From Candidatus Zixiibacteriota bacterium (GTDB lineage Bacteria > Zixibacteria > MSB-5A5 > GN15 > JAAZOE01): a DNA stretch of 13,911 nucleotides. The notes below the pieces were generated by a model. The model saw nothing but the letters and a program-made list of their open reading frames with translations, did not search any database and was not told the DNA's origin. Where the stretch lies: the NCBI GenBank assembly GCA_043819555.1, contig JBDREQ010000034.1:1-13911 (forward strand), in the 5' to 3' direction. Both the position numbers and the translations under genes were made by a program. Positions 6,901 through 13,911 of this stretch are shown piece after piece (position 1 is the first letter of the stretch; each line of letters starts with the position of its first letter).

Positions 6901-7781
6901 ACTCCCTTAACAATCTTCCGGTACATTTTAGCCCATTCATCGACTGTGATCGTACTGCGGCCAAATAAACCGTCGGCTTCGTCTGGGGGTTTCTCCACTT
7001 CATCATCGCCATGCCTGTCAAAAAAAGTCATCAAGTTTACCGCCGATTGCAATGTTTTATTGGACATAAACAGCATCGAAAATTTTGCCAGCCAGATCGG
7101 GAGTTTGTCAATCGTAATATCGGGATAACAAATTGCAAGAAATCGCCGCAACGCTTCGGAGATCGGCATTGCTTCCGGGCCAAATATTGTCAATATTTTA
7201 TTATCCGCCTTATCCGTCTTAAAACATTCGGCGACGATTCGAGCATAATCGGCGACCGCCAAAAAATGAAAAAGCGTTTTCCCGCCGCCGATGCAAACGG
7301 CTTTGCTGTCTTTTAAAAATAAGGGCAGTGATTCGCAAAACCAGGTCGGTTTCAAAATCGTATAATTAAGACCCGAGGCGACCATGACCTTTTCGGCTTC
7401 ATATTTTACTTTTTCAGGAATAAACCGGGAGTGTTTTTTATCGGCGCGAGCTTCGCTGATCTGGACGACGCGATGGACTCCCACTTCCAGAGCCGCTCGG
7501 TAGACGGCTTTCGAGCCCTCCAGTTCTATTCGGAAATAATCGGCAGGCAGCGGTCCTCCTTTTAGATTGATATAAATCGCGTCGCATCCCTCAATGCCCT
7601 TGCGGAGGCTGCCAATATCACCAACATCACCGACGGCATATTCCGCTTCATCGCCAAAAAAATCCCTCGCCCTGTTTTCATTTGTCGTGAAAATACGAAC
7701 TTGAAAATTTTCATTTAATAAATGAACCCCGACCGGCCGCCCCAACATCCCTGTACCGCCAATAACCAAAATCCTTGGCAT
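6897..7781 (-). CDS. Atypical SDR / NmrA-like NAD(P)H-binding protein
   Basis: N-terminal ILVIGGTGMLG Rossmann motif; K...E.....SGLNYTILKPTWF; GGAGG RBS; its TAA overlaps the pirin TAA (TTAA 6897-6900). Confidence 0.88.
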   Translation of the reverse strand: MPRILVIGGTGMLGRPVGVHLLNENFQVRIFTTNENRARDFFGDEAEYAVGDVGDIGSLRKGIEGCDAIYINLKGGPLPADYFRIELEGSKAVYRAALEVGVHRVVQISEARADKKHSRFIPEKVKYEAEKVMVASGLNYTILKPTWFCESLPLFLKDSKAVCIGGGKTLFHFLAVADYARIVAECFKTDKADNKILTIFGPEAMPISEALRRFLAICYPDITIDKLPIWLAKFSMLFMSNKTLQSAVNLMTFFDRHGDDEVEKPPDEADGLFGRSTITVDEWAKMYRKIVKGV

Positions 7782-7966
7782 GACTTCCTCCGAAAATGCT
7801 CTTTGCGGAAGATAGATTGTGCGATTCAGAAAAAACTACAAAAAACATCTGCCACCCATTGCCAGTCGACATTTTTATTCGGATGATACCAAGCCAGCGA
7901 CTTTTTTATGTAATAACGATCTGCATTATAATAACTTACAATTTTCTGTAAAAATAGTGAAACTTC

Positions 7967-7998
7967 CTACGAACAGTTTCGTACGAAATCATTAGTAG
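7967..7998. promoter_or_regulatory. Candidate BlaI-family operator (two overlapping TAC-N10-GTA dyads)
   Basis: TACGAA-cagt-TTCGTA (7968-7983) and TACGAA-atca-TTAGTA (7982-7997) share a perfect central palindrome TTTCGTACGAAA (7977-7988). An extra TTACA-N6-TGTAA lies at 7936-7951. All are just upstream of the blaI-like ATG. Confidence 0.65.
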
Positions 7999-8024
7999 AA
8001 AGCTAAAAACCAAGAGAAAGTAAT

Positions 8025-8417
8025 ATGATCGATAAGCAATCATTACCAACCGATGCGGAACTTGAAATATTAAATGTCCTCTGGGCCAACAGTCCCCTGA
8101 CCGTTAAAGATGTCCACCGATTATTATCCGGCAAATCCAATCGGGGATATACGACCGTTTTGAAAATACTGCAGATAATGAGCGAAAAAGGATTAGTTCA
8201 TCGGGATGAAAGCCAGAAAGCTCATATCTACAGACCGGCAATTGATATTCAGAAAACGCAACAATCAATGATCAGCCATCTAGTCAATAAAGTATTCGAT
8301 GGTTCTGCCGGGAATCTTATCATGCATGCCCTTAGTTCTCGCTCCACTTCCAAAGAGGAATTAGTGGAAATCCGGAAACTGCTGGACGAAATGGAGGGCC
8401 GCCGGAATGATAAGTAA
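8025..8417 (+). CDS. blaI: BlaI/MecI/CopY-family transcriptional repressor
   Basis: PTDAELEILNVLW...TVKDVH...GYTTVLKILQIMSEKGLV.RD....AHIY...VFDGSAGNLI...EELVEIRKLL; overlaps the following M56 gene. Confidence 0.93.
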   Translation: MIDKQSLPTDAELEILNVLWANSPLTVKDVHRLLSGKSNRGYTTVLKILQIMSEKGLVHRDESQKAHIYRPAIDIQKTQQSMISHLVNKVFDGSAGNLIMHALSSRSTSKEELVEIRKLLDEMEGRRNDK

Positions 8418-9336
8418 TATACTTCTCTCTGTGGAAACTGTTGTGCGGCCATTCTCATGGGCAATTATTCACTCGCTCTGGCAGGGCGGCATCATATTGG
8501 TTTTACTATTTATCGGTCTTAATATCATCCGCGATAATGTACGACTTCGCTATGCCCTATCATGCCTGGCGATGACCGGCCTAATGGCATGTTTCATAAT
8601 AACCGCCTTACTTTTTATCTTTTCCGGAAACCCGGAATCTCTAACCCAACTCGGTGATCAAATAACATCGAATAACATAATGGCAACACAACCCACCACC
8701 ACGCTCCAGACGCAAGTATCATTAAAAACGGAAATGTCTTCTCGGTTATTTTCAACTCCGCCGATGTCAGCCGGAATATTTCTTCTCTGGTATGTTGGTA
8801 TGATGTCTCTTTCGTTTTATCATTTAGCCGGATGGTTTCGAGCCCACAATTATACCCGTCGAGGGATTTCAAAGGCTGGCCATCATTGGGAAACGCGATG
8901 GATAAAATTAGGCAAAAAAATCGGATTAAAACGCCCGGTACAAATCCTTTTATCATCAAAAATCAATATGCCCTGTGTCATCGGCGCCTTAAAACCGGTG
9001 GTGCTCTTGCCCGTATCGGCATTTTCCGGCTTATCGATACAACAGATCGAACTGCTTTTGATTCATGAATTAATCCATATCCGTCGGTATGATGTGTTAA
9101 TCAATTATCTCCAAAAAATAATTGAGACCATTCTCTTTTTTAATCCCGCTGCCTGGCTGATCTCAAGACAAATCAGGATCGAACGCGAGCTGTGATGTGA
9201 TGATGAGGTGATCTCATTAAATGGAGATAACATCGCCTATGCCCGAGCTTTGACTGAACTTGAGGGATTGCGCAATAACATTCCTGCAGTGGCCGTTGCG
9301 GCCGGGGGCAATTCACTAATTAGGAGGATACAGCAT

Positions 9337-10527
9337 ATGCTAAAAACAGAAACCACAACAAAGCGCTTGCCCGGTTTCGGGCTTACCGCCATCCTGATAA
9401 TGGCGATCATTTTCACCGCCGGTTTGGGTTTATTGGGAGGAGCCACACCCAGCGCCTACGCCCAGCCGGATAAATCAATTGGCTTATCTTTCGAATCGGA
9501 TGATGATGATCTTCGGGGATACTGGGAGATAGATAAACGCCGTGGAAAATACCAATTAGAAATGGACTTTGATAGAGGCGACAAGAATATAAATACTTTC
9601 ACCGAATCACAATTGATGCGAATTCTAACTTCCACCGATTGGGGTTATATGATTGAGCGCGACGCCGGTACTTTTTATTTGGTGCGTGATGATAATTCCG
9701 ATGATGATATTAAAGGCAATGGAAAACTTTACTTTAAGCCGAATTCAGAATACGTGGACGAATTGAAAAATCATGGCGTCAAACTCCGTAAAACCGGGAA
9801 TATCCTGACCTTCGCGATTCATAATATAAGGCTTGATTTCATCCGGGGATTGGCGGAATTGGGCTATGACGATTTGTCACGAGATGAATTAATATCTATG
9901 CACATTCACGACGTTACCCCCGATTATATCCGCGATTTGGAAGAGTTTGGATACGATAAACTGGACACCGATCAATTAGTATCCATGCAGATTCATGATG
10001 TCACCATAGATTATATTAGTGAGCTGAAAAAGCTTGGATATAATAACATCCATGCCGATCAACTTGTATCAATGCAAATTCACGACGTGGAACCGGACTT
10101 TATCAGCGAATTCAATGAATTGGGCTACGAGGATATCGACGCCGATCAGCTCGTTTCGATGCGAATCCACGACGTTAATCCGGATCTTGTCCACGAACTG
10201 AATACACAGGGTGTCAAGCGTGTCAGCCTTGAAACTCTCGTTTCCATGCAGATTCACAATGTCACGCCGCGCTTTATCGAACAGCTGGCTGAACTTGGAT
10301 ATACGAATATTAAACCGACACAATTGGTATCGATGAAAATTCATAACGTTACGCCGAAATTCATCAAGCAACTTGAGGAACTGGGTGTCACTGATGTTGA
10401 TATTGATAATCTTATTGCCATGTGCATTCATAATGTAACTCCGCGATATATTAAACGCCTACGCGCGGAAGGCATTAAAACCACCGATCCGGAGAAATTG
10501 GTCTCATTGAAAATTCATGGATTTTGA
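9337..10527 (+). CDS. Possible independently translated exported repeat protein (internal start, 396 aa)
   Basis: AGGAGG at 9322-9327, 9 nt before in-frame ATG 9337. Product starts MLKTETTTKR, then a hydrophobic stretch, then PSAYA|QP, resembling a signal peptide. Confidence 0.4.
   Translation: MLKTETTTKRLPGFGLTAILIMAIIFTAGLGLLGGATPSAYAQPDKSIGLSFESDDDDLRGYWEIDKRRGKYQLEMDFDRGDKNINTFTESQLMRILTSTDWGYMIERDAGTFYLVRDDNSDDDIKGNGKLYFKPNSEYVDELKNHGVKLRKTGNILTFAIHNIRLDFIRGLAELGYDDLSRDELISMHIHDVTPDYIRDLEEFGYDKLDTDQLVSMQIHDVTIDYISELKKLGYNNIHADQLVSMQIHDVEPDFISEFNELGYEDIDADQLVSMRIHDVNPDLVHELNTQGVKRVSLETLVSMQIHNVTPRFIEQLAELGYTNIKPTQLVSMKIHNVTPKFIKQLEELGVTDVDIDNLIAMCIHNVTPRYIKRLRAEGIKTTDPEKLVSLKIHGF
9817..10521 (+). 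repeat. Coding tandem repeat with an 87-bp/29-aa period, nine I-H motifs
   Basis: ATT-CAT at 9817 and 10513 are 696 bp (8 x 87) apart. Consensus is approximately IH(D/N)VTPDFI.EL.ELGY..I..DQLVSM. Confidence 0.92.
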
Positions 10528-10701
10528 TAAATATGAAATATCAGACGGGTGATGTGCATAAATAGTTCGATGCGTTTTATGCTGTTGTATCCAGCGGAGG
10601 CGACCAATGGATGTGTCGTGTCTCTAATTAAAGGAGCACACCTTTTAACATGATCGTATTAGATAAAGTAAATATCCTGAACCTTGGAGGAGGCAATAAT
10701 A

Positions 10702-12188
10702 ATGTTCCGAATGCTAAATCACCTCACATTCGCAATTTTGTCTACTACTTGCTTTAGTGCCGGCCTGAATACTGTCCAATTAGCCAACCCTGATGCGACT
10801 CCAGCAAATGAAAAACTCTCTAATCAAATTACTGCATTGGTAACCGCTTATGCTGAACTTGATATGTTTTCCGGCGTAGTTCTGGTTGCAAAAGATGGAA
10901 TCGTTATCTTCGAGGGGGCATTTGGCATTGCCAACAAGGACAACAATGTACCTAATCGCATGAATTCAAGATTCAACATTGGATCAATTGGTAAAACTTT
11001 TACGGCCGTTGCAATAATGCAGCTTGAGCAGGCAGGAAAACTGAAATTCTCGGATCCCCTAAGTATGTTCTTTCCTGATTTTCCATATCCCGAAAAAGAC
11101 CTAATTACAATCCATCATTTGCTAACCCATACCTCGGGTCTGGGCGATTACCTCGAACATAATGATTACAGATGTCAGATGTCTTCGCTTCATAAGATTG
11201 AGGATGCTCTTCCACTGGTATATGACCAGAAGCCGGAATTCCAGTCAGGCGAACAATTCTCATATTCCAATTCGGGATTTCTATTATTAGGTGCAATCAT
11301 TGAAAAAGTAAGCGGTAAAACCTACCCCGAATATCTTGAAGAATATATCTTTAAGCAGGCAGGAATGAATGAAAGTGGTATTATTTTTTATGATGAAGTT
11401 TTGACAAATCGCACAATCGGATATACGAAAAATTGGGATGGCACATTTACTGCCAATACTTGCGTCGTTCCACCTCCTTGCTCCGCAGGCGGTCTTAGCA
11501 CGACCGCCCGGGACCTTTTAAAATTTGACCAGGCGCTTTATATTAACACGTTACTTTTGGAGGATAACAAAGCAAGAATGTTTACACCGTCTGAGCGTCA
11601 GCCGACATATGGCTGCGGCTGGGAAATAAAGGAATATTTGGGCCACCGGTTTTTGGGCCATAGCGGGGGGACAGACGGCGTGGAAGCTTATTTCTATCGA
11701 TTTATCAACGATGGTTATACGATTATAACTCTTGCAAATTATGATGGTGGTAATGGTCAAGTATGTTCCGGCATAGAAGCTATTTTATTTAATCAGGAAT
11801 ATTCAATACCAACTATTGCTGACGCCAACCTTACGCTGGGTTACGCACTCCAGTCAAAGGGTAAGTATAAAGAAGCGGTAAAAGTACTCTCAAAAAACTC
11901 TGGTATCGATCCGCCTCACCTAATGTCTCTGTTTTTTTGCGCCGATGGCCGCATTAAGGGGAATTATAATATTGAAGAGGCTCTTGATGGCTGAATAAAT
12001 TCATTCAAAACGCTGATGCCAATACATTTCCGCCATTAAGCATGGCCTGGGGACGGAAAGCGATCGTTTATAAAAAGCTTGATAGAATAGACGATGCCAT
12101 CAATTGCTATAAAGAAATATTAAAACTCGATCCGGAAAATAAGAGAGCGCAAGAAAGCATAGCCGAATTAAAATTGGAGAGACAATAA
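10702..12188 (+). pseudogene. Exported beta-lactamase-fold serine hydrolase (class C/D-peptidase-like) with C-terminal TPRs, frameshifted near 11990
   Basis: GGAGGAGG RBS before ATG 10702; S-I-G-K (SxxK), LLTHTSGL, YSN, GHSGG. Frame stops at TGA 11992-11994, but 11991-12188 in the -1 frame reads LNKFIQNA...AWGRKAIVYKKLDRIDDAINCYKEILKLDPENKRAQESIAEL, a clear TPR. Confidence 0.85.
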
Positions 12189-12236
12189 CTAAGAAATCTA
12201 TTTTGTAATTCCCCGACTAATAAACGTATTTGAAAA

Positions 12237-12265
12237 GTGAGGGCGATGATTCTAGAGTTGTCGCC
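12237..12265 (+). repeat. Degenerate REP-like palindrome
   Basis: GTGAG + GGCGATGATTCTAGAGTTGTCGCC. The arms pair fully if G-T wobbles are allowed; located between convergent genes. Confidence 0.45.
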
Positions 12266-12280
12266 ACACTCATTTAATCG

Positions 12281-12314
12281 TCCGGTGCAGGTCTCCACAC
12301 CTGCACCGGGATAC
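12281..12314 (-). repeat. Strong hairpin just downstream of the cupin stop (REP-like; may also act as terminator/stabiliser)
   Basis: CCGGTGCAGGT (12282-12292) - CTCCAC - ACCTGCACCGG (12299-12309), perfect 11-bp stem. Minus strand begins GTAT-C and the loop reads GTGGAG. No U-tract. Confidence 0.65.
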
Positions 12315-12316
12315 CA

Positions 12317-12637
12317 TTACAAATAATCTTCCCGCACCGGCATGAAGACATCGACCGCTACCGAATCTTCCAGAACCTCGGCCATATGCTCGACATTGGA
12401 CGGGAATTGCCAGCTATCGCCCGCTTCGGCCAGAAATTCCTCGCCTTCACACTCGAATCTCAGCTTCCCTGACACCAGATAACCAATCTGTTCGTGCGGG
12501 TGCGAATGAAGCGGCACCGCGCATCCTTTCTTGAGGTGGAATTCGACCAGCGACATATTTTCACCGTGCGTCAGAGTCTTGAGATTGACTCCCCCCAGAG
12601 GCTGCTTATAATTTGTTGAACCTTTTTTATTGAACAC
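12317..12637 (-). CDS. Monocupin, KdgF-like
   Basis: 106 aa; P-L-H-S-H-P-H-E-Q-I-G-Y, GDS..FP.NVEH and C-terminal DVF.PVREDYL; GTG start with GGAAAGGA RBS. Confidence 0.88.
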   Translation of the reverse strand: MFNKKGSTNYKQPLGGVNLKTLTHGENMSLVEFHLKKGCAVPLHSHPHEQIGYLVSGKLRFECEGEEFLAEAGDSWQFPSNVEHMAEVLEDSVAVDVFMPVREDYL

Positions 12638-12674
12638 GAATACATCCTTTCCTATTTGAGTATTTTATATAGTG

Positions 12675-12723
12675 CGGTTCAAGTGTCCCCCTGCGCCGGA
12701 ATCAGTATGGGTCAGATGTGGAC
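12675..12723 (+). repeat. Degenerate copy of the 12283-12309 hairpin followed by a half hairpin cut by the IS
   Basis: 12675-12699 aligns to 12283-12309 at 21/27 positions. 12705-12723 GTAT-GG-GTCAGAT-GTGGAC resembles foot + 5' arm + loop of the same hairpin read on the minus strand (GTAT-CCCG-GTGCAGGT-GTGGAG). Confidence 0.5.
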
Positions 12724-12773
12724 TGTTCTGTGTCAAGACATAGTTTACAGTTTGTTTCAGGACATCCTTTACA
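12724..12773. repeat. IS right end with two tandem putative transposase-binding repeats
   Basis: TGTTC terminus; TGTGTCAAGACATAGTTTACA (12729-12749) and TGTTTCAGGACATCCTTTACA (12753-12773), 24-bp period. Confidence 0.75.
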
Positions 12774-13911
12774 GTTCAGGTTTTGGGGCAGGAGTAAGCA
12801 AAGACTTTGTCCTGCCGGTTTCTATTTCAATTTCTCTGATATACATGTGTCTATAGCTGACGATTAGCTTGTTTTCGATCTGTTCAACTCGCACTTCTTT
12901 CTCTGCTAAGGCTTCGCTGACAAAATATCTGGTGCGACTTTTTCCCAGACACCCCCGAGTGTTTAGTGTTTCCACAACAGAACCTTCGGGATATTCCCAT
13001 CTTCTTGGGGTCGGGCTGTAGGCTTTTTGGCTCGGCTGATAATATTCTGACGGAGTGGCCATATGAAGCGCTTCATGCGGTCTGATATGATTATACTCGT
13101 AAAGAAAACTCTTTAGGGCTTGATTCCAGTCAGATAAAGTTTTGGGACGTCCTTTATGTCGAAGCGATTCGTTAAGAGTTCGGTGAAATCGTTCTACTTT
13201 GCCCTGGGTCTGAGGATGTCTGATGCCACTAAAATAAAGTTTTATTCCCTGGTCAATAAGACCGACAGAAAAGCGAGTCAGGCCGTTTGTGTTACTGGGG
13301 CTCCACCAGGGGATACCATGGTCCATCAGCATCGCATGAGGGACACCACCGTTCTCAAAGGTCTTGACTAAACAATCTCTGACGGTCTTAGTGTCCTGTC
13401 CAGATAGGGCAAAAAGACCGATACCATAGCGACTGTGATCGTCCAAAACAGATAACGGATAACAGCGACCTTTGCCCGAGGGATAGTCACCCTTAAAATC
13501 CATCTGCCATAATTGATTGGGATGTTCTCGCTCAAAACGTTTCACGGCCGGACGGTGCGAATCATACAAATGAATCAAGTTCTTCCGCCTGAGGATACGA
13601 TTGATCGTGGCTACTTTCAAATCGATTCCCTCCCGAAGCAAAAGAATTCGTATCTTCTTAGCCCCCCAACCGTACTCCCTCCGAAGTGCTACTATTCGCT
13701 CTTCGTGATGTGCCCTCGTGCGATTCGGACGACGATGTGGGCGACGAGAACGCTCAAAAATCCCTGACAGACTGCCAGCCTCTCGATAGCGATCCAACCA
13801 GAGGTAACCGGTGGGACGACTTATACCAAATTCACGGCAAAGAGAACTCAAATTCACCGCCCCCTGGCTAGCTCTAATTACAAATTTAATCCTCTCTTCG
13901 TTCACACTCCT
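12769..13911 (-). CDS. IS481-family DDE transposase, probably 5'-partial
   Basis: LCREFGISRPTGYLWLDRY HTH; WGAKKI; catalytic WQMDFKG, MLMDHG, GKVERFHRTL; YNHIRPHEAL. The frame is open to the window edge (R-S-V-N-E-E-R), so the true start is likely a few codons outside. Confidence 0.93.
   Translation of the reverse strand, partial: RSVNEERIKFVIRASQGAVNLSSLCREFGISRPTGYLWLDRYREAGSLSGIFERSRRPHRRPNRTRAHHEERIVALRREYGWGAKKIRILLLREGIDLKVATINRILRRKNLIHLYDSHRPAVKRFEREHPNQLWQMDFKGDYPSGKGRCYPLSVLDDHSRYGIGLFALSGQDTKTVRDCLVKTFENGGVPHAMLMDHGIPWWSPSNTNGLTRFSVGLIDQGIKLYFSGIRHPQTQGKVERFHRTLNESLRHKGRPKTLSDWNQALKSFLYEYNHIRPHEALHMATPSEYYQPSQKAYSPTPRRWEYPEGSVVETLNTRGCLGKSRTRYFVSEALAEKEVRVEQIENKLIVSYRHMYIREIEIETGRTKSLLTPAPKPEL

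Larger units (their letters stand above)
8407..10527 (+). pseudogene. BlaR1-like M56 metallopeptidase/antirepressor with C-terminal repeat domain, interrupted by a single in-frame TGA (9193-9195); nonsense allele or recoded codon
   Basis: ORFs 8407-9195 and 9208-10527 share a frame. The joined reading gives HSLWQG, LRY, P.V.G..KP.VLLP, HELIH.RR.D, FFNP..W, IEREL-*-CDD, YARAL, RRI, a continuous 706-codon M56 architecture. Confidence 0.85.
12724..13911 (-). mobile_element. IS481-family insertion sequence (left end outside the window)
   Basis: Single-ORF HTH + rve-type DDE transposase; terminus starts TGT at 12724 and carries subterminal repeats overlapping the stop codon. Confidence 0.92.

Noticed and set aside
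9208..9210. GTG 9208 as the start of a separate gene
   Set aside because: No suitably spaced RBS, and the residues continue the M56 domain (CDDEV...YARAL).
9817..10521. CRISPR array or non-coding tandem repeat
   Set aside because: The 87-bp period is conserved at the protein level with divergent synonymous sites; there are no identical repeats with unique spacers and no cas genes.
10528..10700. Riboswitch, small ORF or BlaI operator in the gap before the hydrolase
   Set aside because: No recognisable aptamer consensus, only very short ORFs, and no TAC...GTA dyad.
11932..11938. T7 run as a programmed frameshift or phase-variation site for the TPR tail
   Set aside because: The -1 frame has stops at 11967, 11973 and 11985 downstream of the run, so slippage there cannot reach the TPR.
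9193..11994. Alternative genetic code (TGA = Trp/Gly)
   Set aside because: TGA ends several intact genes, some with start/stop overlaps (2707, 4026, 5791, 8417, 10527). Reading through TGA 11992 hits TAA 15 codons later, while the real continuation is in another frame.
8025..12188. Bona fide inducible beta-lactam resistance locus (blaI-blaR1-blaZ)
   Set aside because: The receptor lacks a penicillin-binding domain, and the enzyme is a generic SxxK/YSN/HSG hydrolase with TPRs, more like peptidases/esterases. Both genes are interrupted.
12282..12309. Classical intrinsic terminator
   Set aside because: Strong stem but no adjacent U-tract on either strand, and related copies lie nearby, so it is better described as a REP-like repeat.
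199..13871. Remaining short ORFs in the track (e.g. 615-902, 2021-2317, 3108-3533, 5267-5527, 8615-8959, 10069-10431, 13156-13871)
   Set aside because: They are antisense or off-frame shadows of well-supported genes, with no recognisable motifs.
1..13911. Terminal inverted repeats of a linear plasmid/phage or a true 141-bp transposon TIR
   Set aside because: The repeat starts inside a transposase ORF, its length equals a common assembler k-mer, and no replication or phage genes are present.

Overview
Bacterial segment, probably a whole assembled contig. Bases 1-141 are the exact reverse complement of 13771-13911, both from an IS481-family transposase: a truncated copy on the left and a near-complete IS (12724 to window end, minus strand) on the right. 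Between them lie a GT-C (ArnT/PMT-like) glycosyltransferase, three hypothetical genes, a znuA-znuC-znuB-like ABC operon headed by a small ribbon-helix-helix protein with a Cys/His metal-finger tail, a pirin, an atypical SDR, a BlaI + M56 (BlaR1-like) pair, a beta-lactamase-fold serine hydrolase-TPR gene and a KdgF-like cupin. Most notable: (1) a candidate non-Zur zinc regulator with a tandem operator; (2) a BlaR1-like receptor whose outer domain is nine 29-aa His-containing repeats, interrupted by one in-frame TGA in its E-x-x-C-D motif and carrying an internal AGGAGG/ATG plus signal-peptide-like segment; (3) a frameshift hiding the hydrolase C-terminal TPR; (4) several REP-like hairpins, with both IS junctions falling at such hairpins; (5) a duplicated sigma70-like promoter flanking the glycosyltransferase. 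All calls come from motif recognition by eye; no searches were run.
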